From: an uncultured Chloroflexia bacterium
GTDB lineage: Bacteria > Chloroflexota > Anaerolineae > Anaerolineales > Anaerolineaceae
DNA: 32,000 nucleotides
Direction: 5' to 3'
Assembly: GCA_963704755.1 (NCBI GenBank)
Contig: OY969938.1
Location: forward strand, 420,001-452,000
Below the pieces are notes generated by a model. The model was not told the DNA's origin. It ran no database searches and saw only the letters and a program-made list of their open reading frames with translations. The translations under genes and the position numbers were made by a program. Every line of letters begins with the position of its first letter. Position 1 is the stretch's first letter. Positions 8,438 to 18,680 of this stretch are shown here, piece by piece.

Positions 8438-9253
8438 ATGAATACAAAAGATCCCTTGTTGACCAGCGATAGCAAACCTTCTAGACATTTCTTTTCCAAA
8501 AAACAAAAGCAAATAGCCGGGGGGTTGATATTTGTTATCGGCGTGCTGATCAGCTTTACATTCAACAGCCTGGCCATCCTGGCCGATTTGAATGGAGTTG
8601 GTTTTTGGGGGGATTTTCAGGATGCGCTGGAATTTAATCACGAACAGGCCACCCAGGCGAACCTGGTCAATATTCGCTGTCCCATCTTTCTGGCGCCTGG
8701 AGAAGACGGGACTCTATCGGCCACTTTCCGGAATCCCCATGCAAATAAGGCCGACATATCGGTAAAAGCGGTGGTCAGCGAAAGCGACTATGTGAACTAC
8801 CGGGCTGTGAAAGGCGGTCTGACGATCGATCCGGGAGATAAACAAGATTTCCGCTGGCAGGTGACCGGGAAAGATGTCATAGCGAATAATTTCATTCTCT
8901 CCAGGATTTTCTTGATGAACCAGTACAATTCCCCCTATCCTGCCCGCACCGCTTCGTGTGGAATTTTCGTCTTGAGTCTCTTCGGATTAAAGGGCAACAC
9001 GCTGGTCGCCTTGATGGTCGCAGCCAGCTTTATTGGCATGGTTGTGGGCAGCTTCCTCCTTTTTCGAAAGCATACACCCGCTCGGGAATCCTTCCCCCGG
9101 ATCGAGTATGGCCGGTATGGGGTTGCCGGTACCTTGATAATCAGTATGGCATCCAACCTGCTCGGCTGGTGGATCGTGGCCGGCCTGGTCCTGTTATTGG
9201 CGGCGCTGCTTACCATCATATTAATCCTTAATCTGCCGTTTATAAAAGGATAG
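8438..9253 (+). CDS. Hypothetical membrane protein: one N-terminal TM, an extracytoplasmic domain, and C-terminal TMs
   Basis: Intact 271-aa ORF with backbone codon usage and hydrophobic segments at both ends. No family recognised. Confidence 0.6.
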   Translation: MNTKDPLLTSDSKPSRHFFSKKQKQIAGGLIFVIGVLISFTFNSLAILADLNGVGFWGDFQDALEFNHEQATQANLVNIRCPIFLAPGEDGTLSATFRNPHANKADISVKAVVSESDYVNYRAVKGGLTIDPGDKQDFRWQVTGKDVIANNFILSRIFLMNQYNSPYPARTASCGIFVLSLFGLKGNTLVALMVAASFIGMVVGSFLLFRKHTPARESFPRIEYGRYGVAGTLIISMASNLLGWWIVAGLVLLLAALLTIILILNLPFIKG

Positions 9254-9316
9254 CCGGCGGGGATTTGACAGATGCCCATTCCGGTAAAGTCTGGCCACAT
9301 TCGGTGATATGGATGA

Positions 9317-9677
9317 TTGCGGCGTGCCATATCTAAGTTTGGCGTCAGCAGCACGGCGGAAGGCGCGGCTTTTTGTCGGGCAGCAGAACAATATCTGCCC
9401 GAAAAGGAGCGTTTATTCGACGATCCAATGGCTTATCCATTGTTGGGCGCCCTTTATCTATTAATGCTTCGTCCTGCCCGGTTGCGGCAGTATGTCATCA
9501 CCCAAACTGAAGCGGCCACGAAGGGGCTGTACGGCGAGAGGTTTGCCGCACCCGCTCCATCGACGAGGCTGTGACGGCCGCGCTGGCCAAGGGTATTCAG
9601 CAGGTGGTGCTCCTATGGGCCGGAAATTGGACGTGACGATTGGGGAGCGGATCTGCCTGGCAGAAGTAGCAGGATGA
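9317..9677 (+). pseudogene. Truncated, frameshifted SAM-dependent (leucine carboxyl / O-) methyltransferase remnant
   Basis: The N-terminus SSTAEGAAFCRAAEQYLPEKERLFDDPMAYPLL is typical of this family. At about 9544 the homology continues in another frame (CRTRSIDEAVTAALAKGIQQVVLL...). It then degenerates where the GAGLDTR SAM motif should be and stops at 9634-9636. Only about a third of a normal-length gene remains. Confidence 0.6.
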
Positions 9678-9845
9678 ATTACCGGGGGATGGAGACCATA
9701 AAATGGATTAGCAATATGAACCAGATCCAAAATTAAGTATTGAATATTCGTATATTTAATGTATTATTAATCTTATTCATAATCAATTGTAGTTTTTTCT
9801 GACAATCGAATATTTCGATACAGGTGCTAAGTCAACGAGGGTGCC

Positions 9846-10536
9846 ATGAAAAAAGTCGGATTGATCTTCCTTGGCATGATTGCAGGAATCGTTTTAGCGG
9901 TTTACCTACTGAAGATAGGTGCGGACGGCTCGGTGATGGCCGCCTCCAGGCAAAGTTTCCAGCAAGATGCGGCAACGCTGACTGCCACGCTGCCCCTGGC
10001 GGATGAAGGTTTGAGCGACCAAACACCAGAGCCCACCCGCGGAGCAGACGAGCTGGACCAACCCGGCATCGAAGGCCAATCGGCCCCAGAGACGCTCGCC
10101 ACGCCGGTCCCCGGTGAGACCCAGTTATATTTTGTGCCCACCGACAACGACGCCACGGCCACCATCATCTATCTCTACAATACCGACGCGGCCAATCACG
10201 TCGTCGCTTTGCGCGGATATAGCTACAACGGCGTGCTGGTGTATTCGCTCAACATCAACGTGCCGGCCGGCAACTTTGTGCGCCTGGCCAGCGATTTCGA
10301 TCGCATCCGCCCCGCCGCCCAGTTGGGCCACCCCAGCGCCCATCATCACCAACTTTACCGATTTCACCTATTTCGCCAGCCTGTCCCTGCCCAAGGGGGT
10401 CAAAGCCGAAGGGTACACCCTGTTCAATCCGGGCACCGGCGTGGTCGATCCGCGCAGCGATCAGGGCGAAATCCCGCTTAAATTCAGCACCGATCCGGCG
10501 TCCATATTTTTGCCGACTGTGCTGGATTCGCCGTAA
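9846..10536 (+). pseudogene. Secreted hypothetical protein split by a frameshift near 10295-10320
   Basis: MKKVGLIFLGMIAGIVLAVYLL signal/anchor with a GAGGGTG RBS. Frame 0 becomes Arg/His-rich nonsense after ...NFVRLASDF. Frame +1 continues plausibly (...PAPIITNFTDFTYFASLSLPKGVKAEGYTLFNPGTGVVDP...IFLPTVLDSP*) to 10536. Confidence 0.55.
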
Positions 10537-11034
10537 AAATATATGCTATTAACCCGCGCAATTAACACTACAAAGTCCTGGATACACATGTAGTGACCAA
10601 TTTTTGTCCTCATTTAGTAATCTAACAAGGCAGAGCTGGTCTTATCAGGTTAAACAAACTTCGCCAATGCCTGAATACTTGCACTTAAAATTTGCCAGCC
10701 AAATTTCTCATTATGAACAGGCGCCAATCCCAATATGATATGTCGCTCATTCTCATTAGTAGAAATAAAACTACCAAGGTTCACCAGCTCATCCAAAATG
10801 AAAAATTTTTTCGAAAACATTAGGTGCTTTTTTGATTATATTAATCACCTAATTTACATGGCTCTTACTTCGCAGCATTCAAATGAATAGTGTATTTGGG
10901 GCGTGAACTCTTAAACACAAAGAATTTATAAACAAAAATTAAAAGATCGGGAAAAGCAAAGGAACTAACCGGGGCAAGATTAGTCATTTAGGAAGAACGA
11001 ATTATATAGAAATTCTACATGTTGATAAATATTA

Positions 11035-11994
11035 TTAAGTATTAACTAAATTCAACATTCTTAACACTTCATACGGAAATATATCATCATTTCCTAAAGC
11101 TCTTTCAATCCACTTCGCCCCACATACGTTAAATCTAATCTCATCTCTCACGTTAATTGAATGCGATACTTCTCTTCGAGGGTTGGTATTTCCATTTGAT
11201 TTGCTTACTTCAAATACCATCCGGTAATACGAAGCCCAAATTAAGGACAATCCAATATGGCCGTGGCACATCCAACGTACAATATCAAAGTCAGCTCTGC
11301 TCACAATAGAAATCCAATACGTCAATCGATCGATTATATATTTGCTTTCTTTTCTTTGTATTCCTCCTTGCTCCAATGCACTCTGCAATAATGCAAATTC
11401 AAAATTAAGCTCATCATTATTAAGCCTGAACACTTCCCAAGTAATTGCATTCCTAATGATTTGGAAATTTCCTATTTCTAAGCCCACTAGACTTGCTGCA
11501 CAAGCTAATCGAACTATGATCTCAAAATTTTTTTTAAATAATGCCAAAGCTTCTCGATAATAAGAAGTAGTAGACAAAGTTGCAATTGGAATTTCGAGAG
11601 TTTTTGTATCTAAGTAGTAATTTTCAATCGAATGCCCTCGAGTCCATATTAATCTTCCATCAACTCTATGATACCGATATTCATCTTCCATTTTCGAATT
11701 CCATTGAAAACCCCTAAATTCTCGGTCAACAAATCCCACCAATTTGTCTTCAAATCGAGTACCCCTTATTTGCGAACAAACCATTTCAACTTTTTCTCTA
11801 TTTCCGATCGGTGGTGAAAAGCCTATTAAACAACTAGCATCATCAACATCAACCTTGATACGTTCTTTGTCAAAATTATCAAAAAGCCGATTAAACAATC
11901 GGTTTTCATCAGCCCCTTCAACCAACAACCTCCTTTTTAAACTCATTAATGTATATGCAATATAATCATCCATTGAAAGTTGTAAATTCGGCAT
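11035..11994 (-). CDS. DUF4435/Toprim-like putative nuclease, AriB-like effector
   Basis: 319 aa. N-terminal LLVEGADENRLFNRLF (VEGxxD motif) and downstream LVGFVDREF acidic motif, as in DUF4435/OLD-type Toprim domains. The start ATG lies 14 nt after the ATPase stop, preceded by a GGGGGG RBS. Confidence 0.6.
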   Translation of the reverse strand: MPNLQLSMDDYIAYTLMSLKRRLLVEGADENRLFNRLFDNFDKERIKVDVDDASCLIGFSPPIGNREKVEMVCSQIRGTRFEDKLVGFVDREFRGFQWNSKMEDEYRYHRVDGRLIWTRGHSIENYYLDTKTLEIPIATLSTTSYYREALALFKKNFEIIVRLACAASLVGLEIGNFQIIRNAITWEVFRLNNDELNFEFALLQSALEQGGIQRKESKYIIDRLTYWISIVSRADFDIVRWMCHGHIGLSLIWASYYRMVFEVSKSNGNTNPRREVSHSINVRDEIRFNVCGAKWIERALGNDDIFPYEVLRMLNLVNT

Positions 11995-12008
11995 TTCAAA
12001 GGCCCCCC

Positions 12009-13418
12009 TTAATCGTCAATATTATCAGAGTTATCCTCTATTTTTATTTTAGTGGGCGCTAATGCTAATTCGCTCATTTTATCTAGATGGTTTGCGCCAA
12101 TTATAGGCGAATGAGTACAAGCAATTATCTGACGGTCTCCCAATTGTTCAGCCATTCTGCTAATAAGCTTCCTTTGCCAATCCACATGTAACGAAATCTC
12201 AGGCTCGTCAATTAAAACTATTTCCTGTTGGCTCATATGAGTGGCAGCATAAACAAGTGTCATTATTTGGCGTTCCCCAGATGAAAGCGAACGCAATCCC
12301 TTTGATGATGAATTATCTTCATACTGAATTTGAACTGATTCTCCACGATATTGGGAGACATCTGGTTTATAAATTAACGATTTACCATCAAGAAATTCAT
12401 TAACGGAAGACAAATACCTATCAATACCTACAAATGATTCAGCCTGTACATCTACCATGTTCTGAAGAATATCTCGATATATTCGCAACACTCTAAATGC
12501 AGTCAGCTCAAGATTTGTTCCTATTAATAATTGATCAATTGATTGCCGTAATTGATAAATATCAATTCTGGATTCCGACCGTAAAGGGGATTGCTCCAAT
12601 TTTCTCGATAATCCTTGCATGGTCTTAAATATGTTTTCTACATCCTCACCAACATCATCAGATTTAGAAATTGAAGCAAATATTTTTAAAAAAGCATCTG
12701 AAAGTAATTTCTGATCCGATCTCCAAACATTACTTCTAGCTTCTTCAGTTTCGATTGCTAGTTGATGTTCAATTTCCACCAAAGAGGGAAAATTCACCAT
12801 CGGAGTAAAACCACCAAACCAATCTCTAGCGCGTTCAGTCGCCAAATCTTTCCATCTTGTATCAATTCCATAGCGTCTTTTCGGCTCGGAGTTTGTTGCA
12901 GCAGCTACCCAAGCTTCAATCATTGTCCGGAAAGCGGGAAAATAAGCAATATTAGCAACAGGCTCTATTTCCTTAATTCGTTTTCGACGGAAATTAATTT
13001 CAGCAAGCAAATCAAGTTTCTCACGTTCAGATAAATGCTTTAAGTCATCAATCACTAATTTATAATATTTGTTATCCTCTTCCTCATTCATAAAAAGAGA
13101 AGCTTGTTCGTTATGTTGCGCTATTGGAAAAATAACTTTATTATCAAGTTTTACTTCTATGGAGTTTTTACCTTTTTTTACTTTCGAAATGATAGATAAC
13201 TTACTTCCATTACTTAAATTTATTACGATTGTTCTAAATTTCAAAAAATCAAATCGATCAAAATCTCCACTCAAAGCATTAGCTAGAATATGCAATAAAG
13301 TGGTTTTTCCAGCTCCATTTTTCCCGAAAATGATATTAATACCTTCATGAAATTCTTGATCAATATCAAAACGCCCATACAAACCAATTGCTTTTATGCT
13401 CTTTATGTAAGTTGTCAT
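12009..13418 (-). CDS. ABC/SMC-like (AAA_15/21-type) ATPase, AriA-like sensor
   Basis: Walker A FGKNGAGKTT (13299-13325). Long helical insertion. Signature LSSGERQ, Walker B IVLIDEPEISLH, H-loop ACTHSP. I prefer ATG 13418 (MTTYIKS..., AGGAGAA RBS 7 nt upstream) over the TTG at 13445. Confidence 0.75.
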   Translation of the reverse strand: MTTYIKSIKAIGLYGRFDIDQEFHEGINIIFGKNGAGKTTLLHILANALSGDFDRFDFLKFRTIVINLSNGSKLSIISKVKKGKNSIEVKLDNKVIFPIAQHNEQASLFMNEEEDNKYYKLVIDDLKHLSEREKLDLLAEINFRRKRIKEIEPVANIAYFPAFRTMIEAWVAAATNSEPKRRYGIDTRWKDLATERARDWFGGFTPMVNFPSLVEIEHQLAIETEEARSNVWRSDQKLLSDAFLKIFASISKSDDVGEDVENIFKTMQGLSRKLEQSPLRSESRIDIYQLRQSIDQLLIGTNLELTAFRVLRIYRDILQNMVDVQAESFVGIDRYLSSVNEFLDGKSLIYKPDVSQYRGESVQIQYEDNSSSKGLRSLSSGERQIMTLVYAATHMSQQEIVLIDEPEISLHVDWQRKLISRMAEQLGDRQIIACTHSPIIGANHLDKMSELALAPTKIKIEDNSDNIDD

Positions 13419-13800
13419 CAAATTCTTCTCCTTAACAATTGTCAAAGAAATGAAAGCAATTCTTCGCTTTACCTAATAGCATTATGATTTTGCATTGCAT
13501 ACATTAAGTAATGTAATCCCCCCAATTCAGCACTAAAGTGGTTTAGTCTTAATTAATAACGGTTTCCACAATTCAATATATTGTTATTTTATTGTACGCT
13601 TCTTTCGTAATTGAAACAACTTATATTTTTTCACCTATGTCATGGAAAGAAATCACGTTTATCCACGAAAACTTTCTCGATTCACATTCTGCAATAATTT
13701 CTATATTCTGTTATTTCCTGTCATTTTCCCCCTTTCCTGTTCGACGTATTTATAGAAGACAAAAAATGTCTATAATCTATTCTACAAGGAGAACAGGATC

Positions 13801-14151
13801 ATGAAATACATGTGTTTGATGTACAACCCCGAGGCAGCCGCCCAGGAATTCACCCAGGAGCAGGGCCAGGAACTGGCCCAGGAATGGATGAAGCTGCTGC
13901 AGGATATTCAGGCTGCCGGCGTGTTGGTTTCCAACAACGGCATGGCTCCGACGGCGAACGCCACCACCGTGCGCGTACGCGATGGCAAGGTCCTCACCAT
14001 CGACGGGCCTTTTGCCGAAACCCACGAGCAGTTAGCCGGTTTCATGCTGCTCGAATGCAAAGACCTGGACGAAGCGCTCGGTTGGGCCGCCAGAATTCCC
14101 ACCGCCCGTTACGGCTCGGTCGAGGTGCGGCCGATGTGGAATAACGCCTAG
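13801..14151 (+). CDS. YciI-like / DGPF-domain protein
   Basis: 116 aa. DGPFAETHEQLAGFMLLECKDLDEALGWAARIP is typical of YCII-related DGPF proteins. AAGGAGAA RBS. A perfect TATAAT lies at 13771-13776. Confidence 0.8.
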   Translation: MKYMCLMYNPEAAAQEFTQEQGQELAQEWMKLLQDIQAAGVLVSNNGMAPTANATTVRVRDGKVLTIDGPFAETHEQLAGFMLLECKDLDEALGWAARIPTARYGSVEVRPMWNNA

Positions 14152-14169
14152 GGGTCGCCCAGACACAGG

Positions 14170-15399
14170 ATGACCGCCGCAGCCCGGATCGAAGACACTT
14201 TCCGTGAGGAACACGGGCGAGTCCTGGCGGCGCTGATCGGCCGCCTGGGCGATTTCGAGCTGGCCGAAGACGCGCTGCAAGACGCCCTGGTCAATGCGCT
14301 GGAACGCTGGCCTCTGGATGGCGTTCCGCGCAACCCGGGCGCCTGGCTGACCACGGTCGCCTACCGGCGAGGCGTCGACCGCCTGCGCCGTTCGGTCAAC
14401 GCGGAGCGTAAGGCGGTCCTCCTGGATGTCCCCGACCCGGAGGACGAACCCGAGATGGACGAATCAATCCCTGACGAACGCCTGAAGCTGATGTTCACCT
14501 GCTGCCACCCGGCCCTGGCGCTGGAAGCCCAGGTAGCCCTGACCCTGCATACCCTGGGCGGCCTGTCCACACCGGAGGTGGCCCGCGCATTCCTGGTCCA
14601 GGAAGCGACCATGGCCCAGCGGTTGGCCCGCGCGCGGCGCAAGATCCGCGAGGCGGGTATCCCCTATCGCGTCCCACCGGCCGACTTGCTGCCCCAGCGT
14701 CTGGACGCGCTCCTGGCGGTCATCTACCTGATCTTCAATGAAGGCTACGCCGCTACTGCCGGGGACACACCCATCCGGCGCGAGCTGTGCGACGAGGCCA
14801 TCCGCCTGGGCCGGGTGTTGGTCGATCTGCTGCCCGGTACCGGCAGCGCCGAAGCACGCGGTTTGCTGGGATTGATGCTGCTGCACGATTCCCGCCGTGA
14901 GACCCGCCTGGATGCAGCCGGAGAACTGGTCCTGCTCGATGACCAGGATCGCGCCCGTTGGGATGGGGGCAAAATCGATGAAGGGATCGCCATTCTGGAT
15001 GAGGCGCTGGTGCTCAACGATCCGGGTCCTTACCAGGTGCAGGCTGCCATCAGCGCACTGCACGCCCAGGCGCCAACCGCCGGCGAGACCGACTGGCCCC
15101 AGATCGCCCTGCTCTACGAAACGCTGGCCCGCATGATTCCCTCGCCGGTGGTAGCGGTCAACCGCGCGGTGGCCATAGCCATGGGGTATGGCCCTACCAA
15201 AGGCCTGGCGCTGCTCGACCAGATCCAGGGGGTGGAAGATTATTACCCCCTCCACGCCGTCCGCGCCGACTTGCTGCGCCGGACGGGGCAATACGGAGCC
15301 GCCGCGGATGCCTACGCGCAAGCCATTGCCCTGTGCGGTAACCGCGCCGAGCGCTCCTACTTCCAGCACCGCCTGGAAGAGATGCTGGAATCGATGTAA
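14170..15399 (+). CDS. ECF sigma factor with a long C-terminal (TPR-like) extension, ECF42-type
   Basis: 409 aa. The sigma-2/sigma-4 regions in the N-terminal half are followed by an extension of about 200 aa. It lies immediately downstream of a DGPF gene, which is the hallmark genomic context of group ECF42. Confidence 0.8.
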   Translation: MTAAARIEDTFREEHGRVLAALIGRLGDFELAEDALQDALVNALERWPLDGVPRNPGAWLTTVAYRRGVDRLRRSVNAERKAVLLDVPDPEDEPEMDESIPDERLKLMFTCCHPALALEAQVALTLHTLGGLSTPEVARAFLVQEATMAQRLARARRKIREAGIPYRVPPADLLPQRLDALLAVIYLIFNEGYAATAGDTPIRRELCDEAIRLGRVLVDLLPGTGSAEARGLLGLMLLHDSRRETRLDAAGELVLLDDQDRARWDGGKIDEGIAILDEALVLNDPGPYQVQAAISALHAQAPTAGETDWPQIALLYETLARMIPSPVVAVNRAVAIAMGYGPTKGLALLDQIQGVEDYYPLHAVRADLLRRTGQYGAAADAYAQAIALCGNRAERSYFQHRLEEMLESM

Positions 15400-15505
15400 C
15401 GCCGCCGTTCCGGCTGAATTTTCTCCAAACTTGGGAACCACCCAGCTATAGCAGAACTGGCCTGAGTAGTAACCAGGGTTCTTCGCCGCGATCTTAAACT
15501 GGCCC

Positions 15506-15536
15506 TTGACTTAGAGTTGACTCCAGGTGTTAAACT
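15506..15536 (+). promoter_or_regulatory. MerR-type promoter with an over-long 19-bp spacer
   Basis: -35 TTGACT (15506-15511), 19-nt spacer tagagttgactccaggtgt, -10 TAAACT (15531-15536), 20 nt upstream of the merR-family start codon. Confidence 0.5.
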
Positions 15537-15555
15537 ATTTGCTAGAGGTGAGCAT

Positions 15556-15954
15556 ATGAAAATTGCGGAAGTTAGTGAACGATACGGCCTTTCTACGGAT
15601 ACGCTGCGCTACTACGAGCGCATCGGCCTCCTGCAGCCCGTCAATCGCAGCGAAAGCGGTATCCGAGATTATAACGAGATCGATATCAAAAGGGTTGAAT
15701 TTGTTAAGTGCATGCGCAGTGCAGGGCTTCCCGTCGAAGTGTTGATCGAATACGTTGGCCTGGTCCAGCAGGGTGACTCGACCATCGAAGCCAGAAAAAT
15801 AATCCTGATCGAACAGCGTAAACAGCTTGCGGCCAGAATGGCCGAGATGCAAAAAACGATGGATCTGCTGGACTATAAAATTAAGGCGTACGAAAAAGCA
15901 GTTCTAAGTAAAGAAAAAGAATTGACTCAAACAGGTGAACCGGAAATCATCTGA
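15556..15954 (+). CDS. MerR family transcriptional regulator
   Basis: MKIAEVSERYGLSTDTLRYYERIGLL HTH followed by a coiled-coil dimerisation helix. Start ATG 15556 has an AGAGGTGAG RBS. The longer TTG start at 15517 is unlikely. Confidence 0.85.
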   Translation: MKIAEVSERYGLSTDTLRYYERIGLLQPVNRSESGIRDYNEIDIKRVEFVKCMRSAGLPVEVLIEYVGLVQQGDSTIEARKIILIEQRKQLAARMAEMQKTMDLLDYKIKAYEKAVLSKEKELTQTGEPEII

Positions 15955-15960
15955 TCGTAA

Positions 15961-16945
<985 letters not shown>

Positions 16946-17093
16946 AACCGTGCAAAGGTATAGGGAGATATTACTAATCAAGGCTCCAATTAAAAAATAC
17001 CAAAAATCGAAGTATTTTCGGTCGAAGATGCCGCAAATACTTCGATTTCGGGGTCCTTACCCATTGAGTAAAGCTGCTACAAGGAGATAATTC

Positions 17094-18116
17094 ATGAAAG
17101 GAACCATGCTTTACGGTTCTCACGACGTGCGCTTCGAGGACCGCCCCGACCCAACGATCATCGAACCGACCGACGCAATTATAAAACTGTCGGCGACTTG
17201 CGTGTGCGGCTCGGACCTCTGGCGCTACCGCGGTATCGACCCGGTGAGCCAACCGGTGCCGATGGGCCATGAGTACGTAGGCATCGTGGAGGAGGTCGGC
17301 AGCGAAGTCAGGCACATTCGACCTGGCTAGTTCGTCGTCGGCTCATTCTTTGCATCGGACAATACTTGCGAGATTTGCCGGTCTGGCTACCAATCCTCAT
17401 GCGTCCAGCGACAGCCTGGCGCCCCTACCGGCGCGCAAGCGGAGTATGCCCGCATCCCGCTCGCAGACGGTACACTGGTTGCTACGCCGGACCTCCCGCC
17501 GGATGACCTGATCCCCAGCCTGTTGTCGGCCTCGGATGTGTTCGGTACCGGCTGGTTCGCCGCGGATGCAGCCGCGGTAAGCCCTGGTAAGACAGTGGTC
17601 GTGGTCGGCGACGGCGCGGTGGGTCTGTGCGCGGTGATTGCTGCCCGGCAGTTAGGCGCCGAACGCATCATCATGATGAGCCGCAACCCGGCCCGGCAGA
17701 AGCTCGCGCTGGAGTTCGGCGCCACCGATATCGTCACCGAACGCGGCGACGACGGTGTAGCGAAGATCAAAGAACTCACCTCTGGGTTAGGCGCGCACTC
17801 GGTTGTCGAAGCGGTGGGCACGCAAGAGTCGATGATGCAGGCCATCCATGCTACCCGGCCCGGCGGGTACGTGGGGTTCGTGGGTGTGCTTCACGATGTG
17901 GAGATCTCAGGCAGCGAATTCTTCTCTTCGCATGTGCACCTGCACGGCGGCCCGGCCCCGGTGCGGCGATACCTGCCCGAGTTGATCGACCTGATCTGGA
18001 ACCGGAGAATCAACCCCGGCAAGGTCTTCGATCTGACCCTACCCCTTGCCCGCGTAGCGGAAGGTTACCAGGCAATGGATGAACGCCGCGCGATCAAAGC
18101 GCTGCTGCGACCGTAA
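17094..18116 (+). pseudogene. Zinc-dependent alcohol dehydrogenase family gene with an in-frame TAG at 17328-17330
   Basis: The two ORF-track pieces (17094-17330 and 17523-18116) are in the same frame. The stretch between them translates without stops into family-typical sequence (FVVGSFFASDNTCEICRSGYQSSC...AEYARIPLADGTLVATP). The only defect is IRPG-TAG-FVVGSF, where homologues carry a sense codon. Confidence 0.8.
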
Positions 18117-18126
18117 GGAGGAAAGT

Positions 18127-18504
18127 ATGATCACCTGGACAAGTAATGAGCTGGACAAGCTCGGTACGGCAGAAGAACTGAACCTGGAATCACTCCGGCA
18201 GGATGGCACCCTGCGCAACCCGGTGTCGATGTGGGTCGTCCGCGTCGGTGACGATGTTTTTGTCCGGGCCTACAAAGGCCGTGACGGCGCATGGTTCCGA
18301 GGAACGCAAACACGCCATCAAGGCCGCATCCAAGCTAACGGGGTCGAGAAAGAGGTCACTTTTGTGGACGAGACGGCCCCCGCCATCATCGATCAAGTCG
18401 ATGCCGCCTACCGCACTAAGTACCGCAAATATAGCGCAGAATACGTCGACCCCATGTTGACCGATCAGGCCCGCGAGGCCACCGTCAAGCTCGTTCCGCG
18501 CTAA
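18127..18504 (+). CDS. DUF2255 family protein
   Basis: MITWTSNELDKLGTAEELNLESLRQDGTLRNPVSMWVVRVGDDVFVRAY... matches my recollection of DUF2255 proteins. AAGGAGGA RBS before ATG 18127. Confidence 0.7.
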   Translation: MITWTSNELDKLGTAEELNLESLRQDGTLRNPVSMWVVRVGDDVFVRAYKGRDGAWFRGTQTRHQGRIQANGVEKEVTFVDETAPAIIDQVDAAYRTKYRKYSAEYVDPMLTDQAREATVKLVPR

Positions 18505-18680
18505 TTATGCCCATAAGCCCTCGTTGTTAAAATGGCTATACGCAAAATAATGGTGGCCTTTGATCAACTTCTGCCCTGGTGAGGGCATGTATCAAAAAGG
18601 TCCCTGAAATTGCGGGGGTTGCAGAGGCGAAGCCCTTACAGCACCTCAATTTCTGGTTTCTTTTATGCTGAGTCAAGCAG

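Larger units (their letters stand above)
10540..13800. other. AT-rich segment 2: small defence-type island carrying the ATPase + DUF4435 pair
   Basis: Sharp composition change at both ends. The left end abuts two broken genes and the right end abuts the YciI gene. No recombinase gene is present. Confidence 0.6.

Noticed and set aside
10650-10820. 56-codon minus-strand ORF (MFSKKFFILDELVNLGSF...ALAKFV) downstream of the AriB-like gene, considered as a possible third system component.
   Set aside because: It has no Shine-Dalgarno sequence and no recognisable motif, and it lies 215 nt from the operon. An ORF of this size is expected by chance. It could still be a real small gene or a remnant, but it is not supportable.
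13592-13804. 70-aa + strand ORF upstream of the YciI gene.
   Set aside because: It is an AT-rich, Phe/Ile/Ser-rich translation with no RBS, and it overlaps the probable promoter and RBS of the YciI gene.
15512-15530. Dyad symmetry inside the MerR promoter spacer.
   Set aside because: Only a weak GAGT-TG-ACTC (4+2+4) palindrome is present. I therefore claim only the 19-bp spacer architecture and not a defined operator.
17328-17330. In-frame TAG as genetic-code recoding (pyrrolysine or stop reassignment).
   Set aside because: TAG clearly terminates other genes in this window, for example at 1136-1138 and at the YciI stop 14149-14151. No pyl genes or other in-frame TAGs are seen. A nonsense mutation is the simpler explanation.
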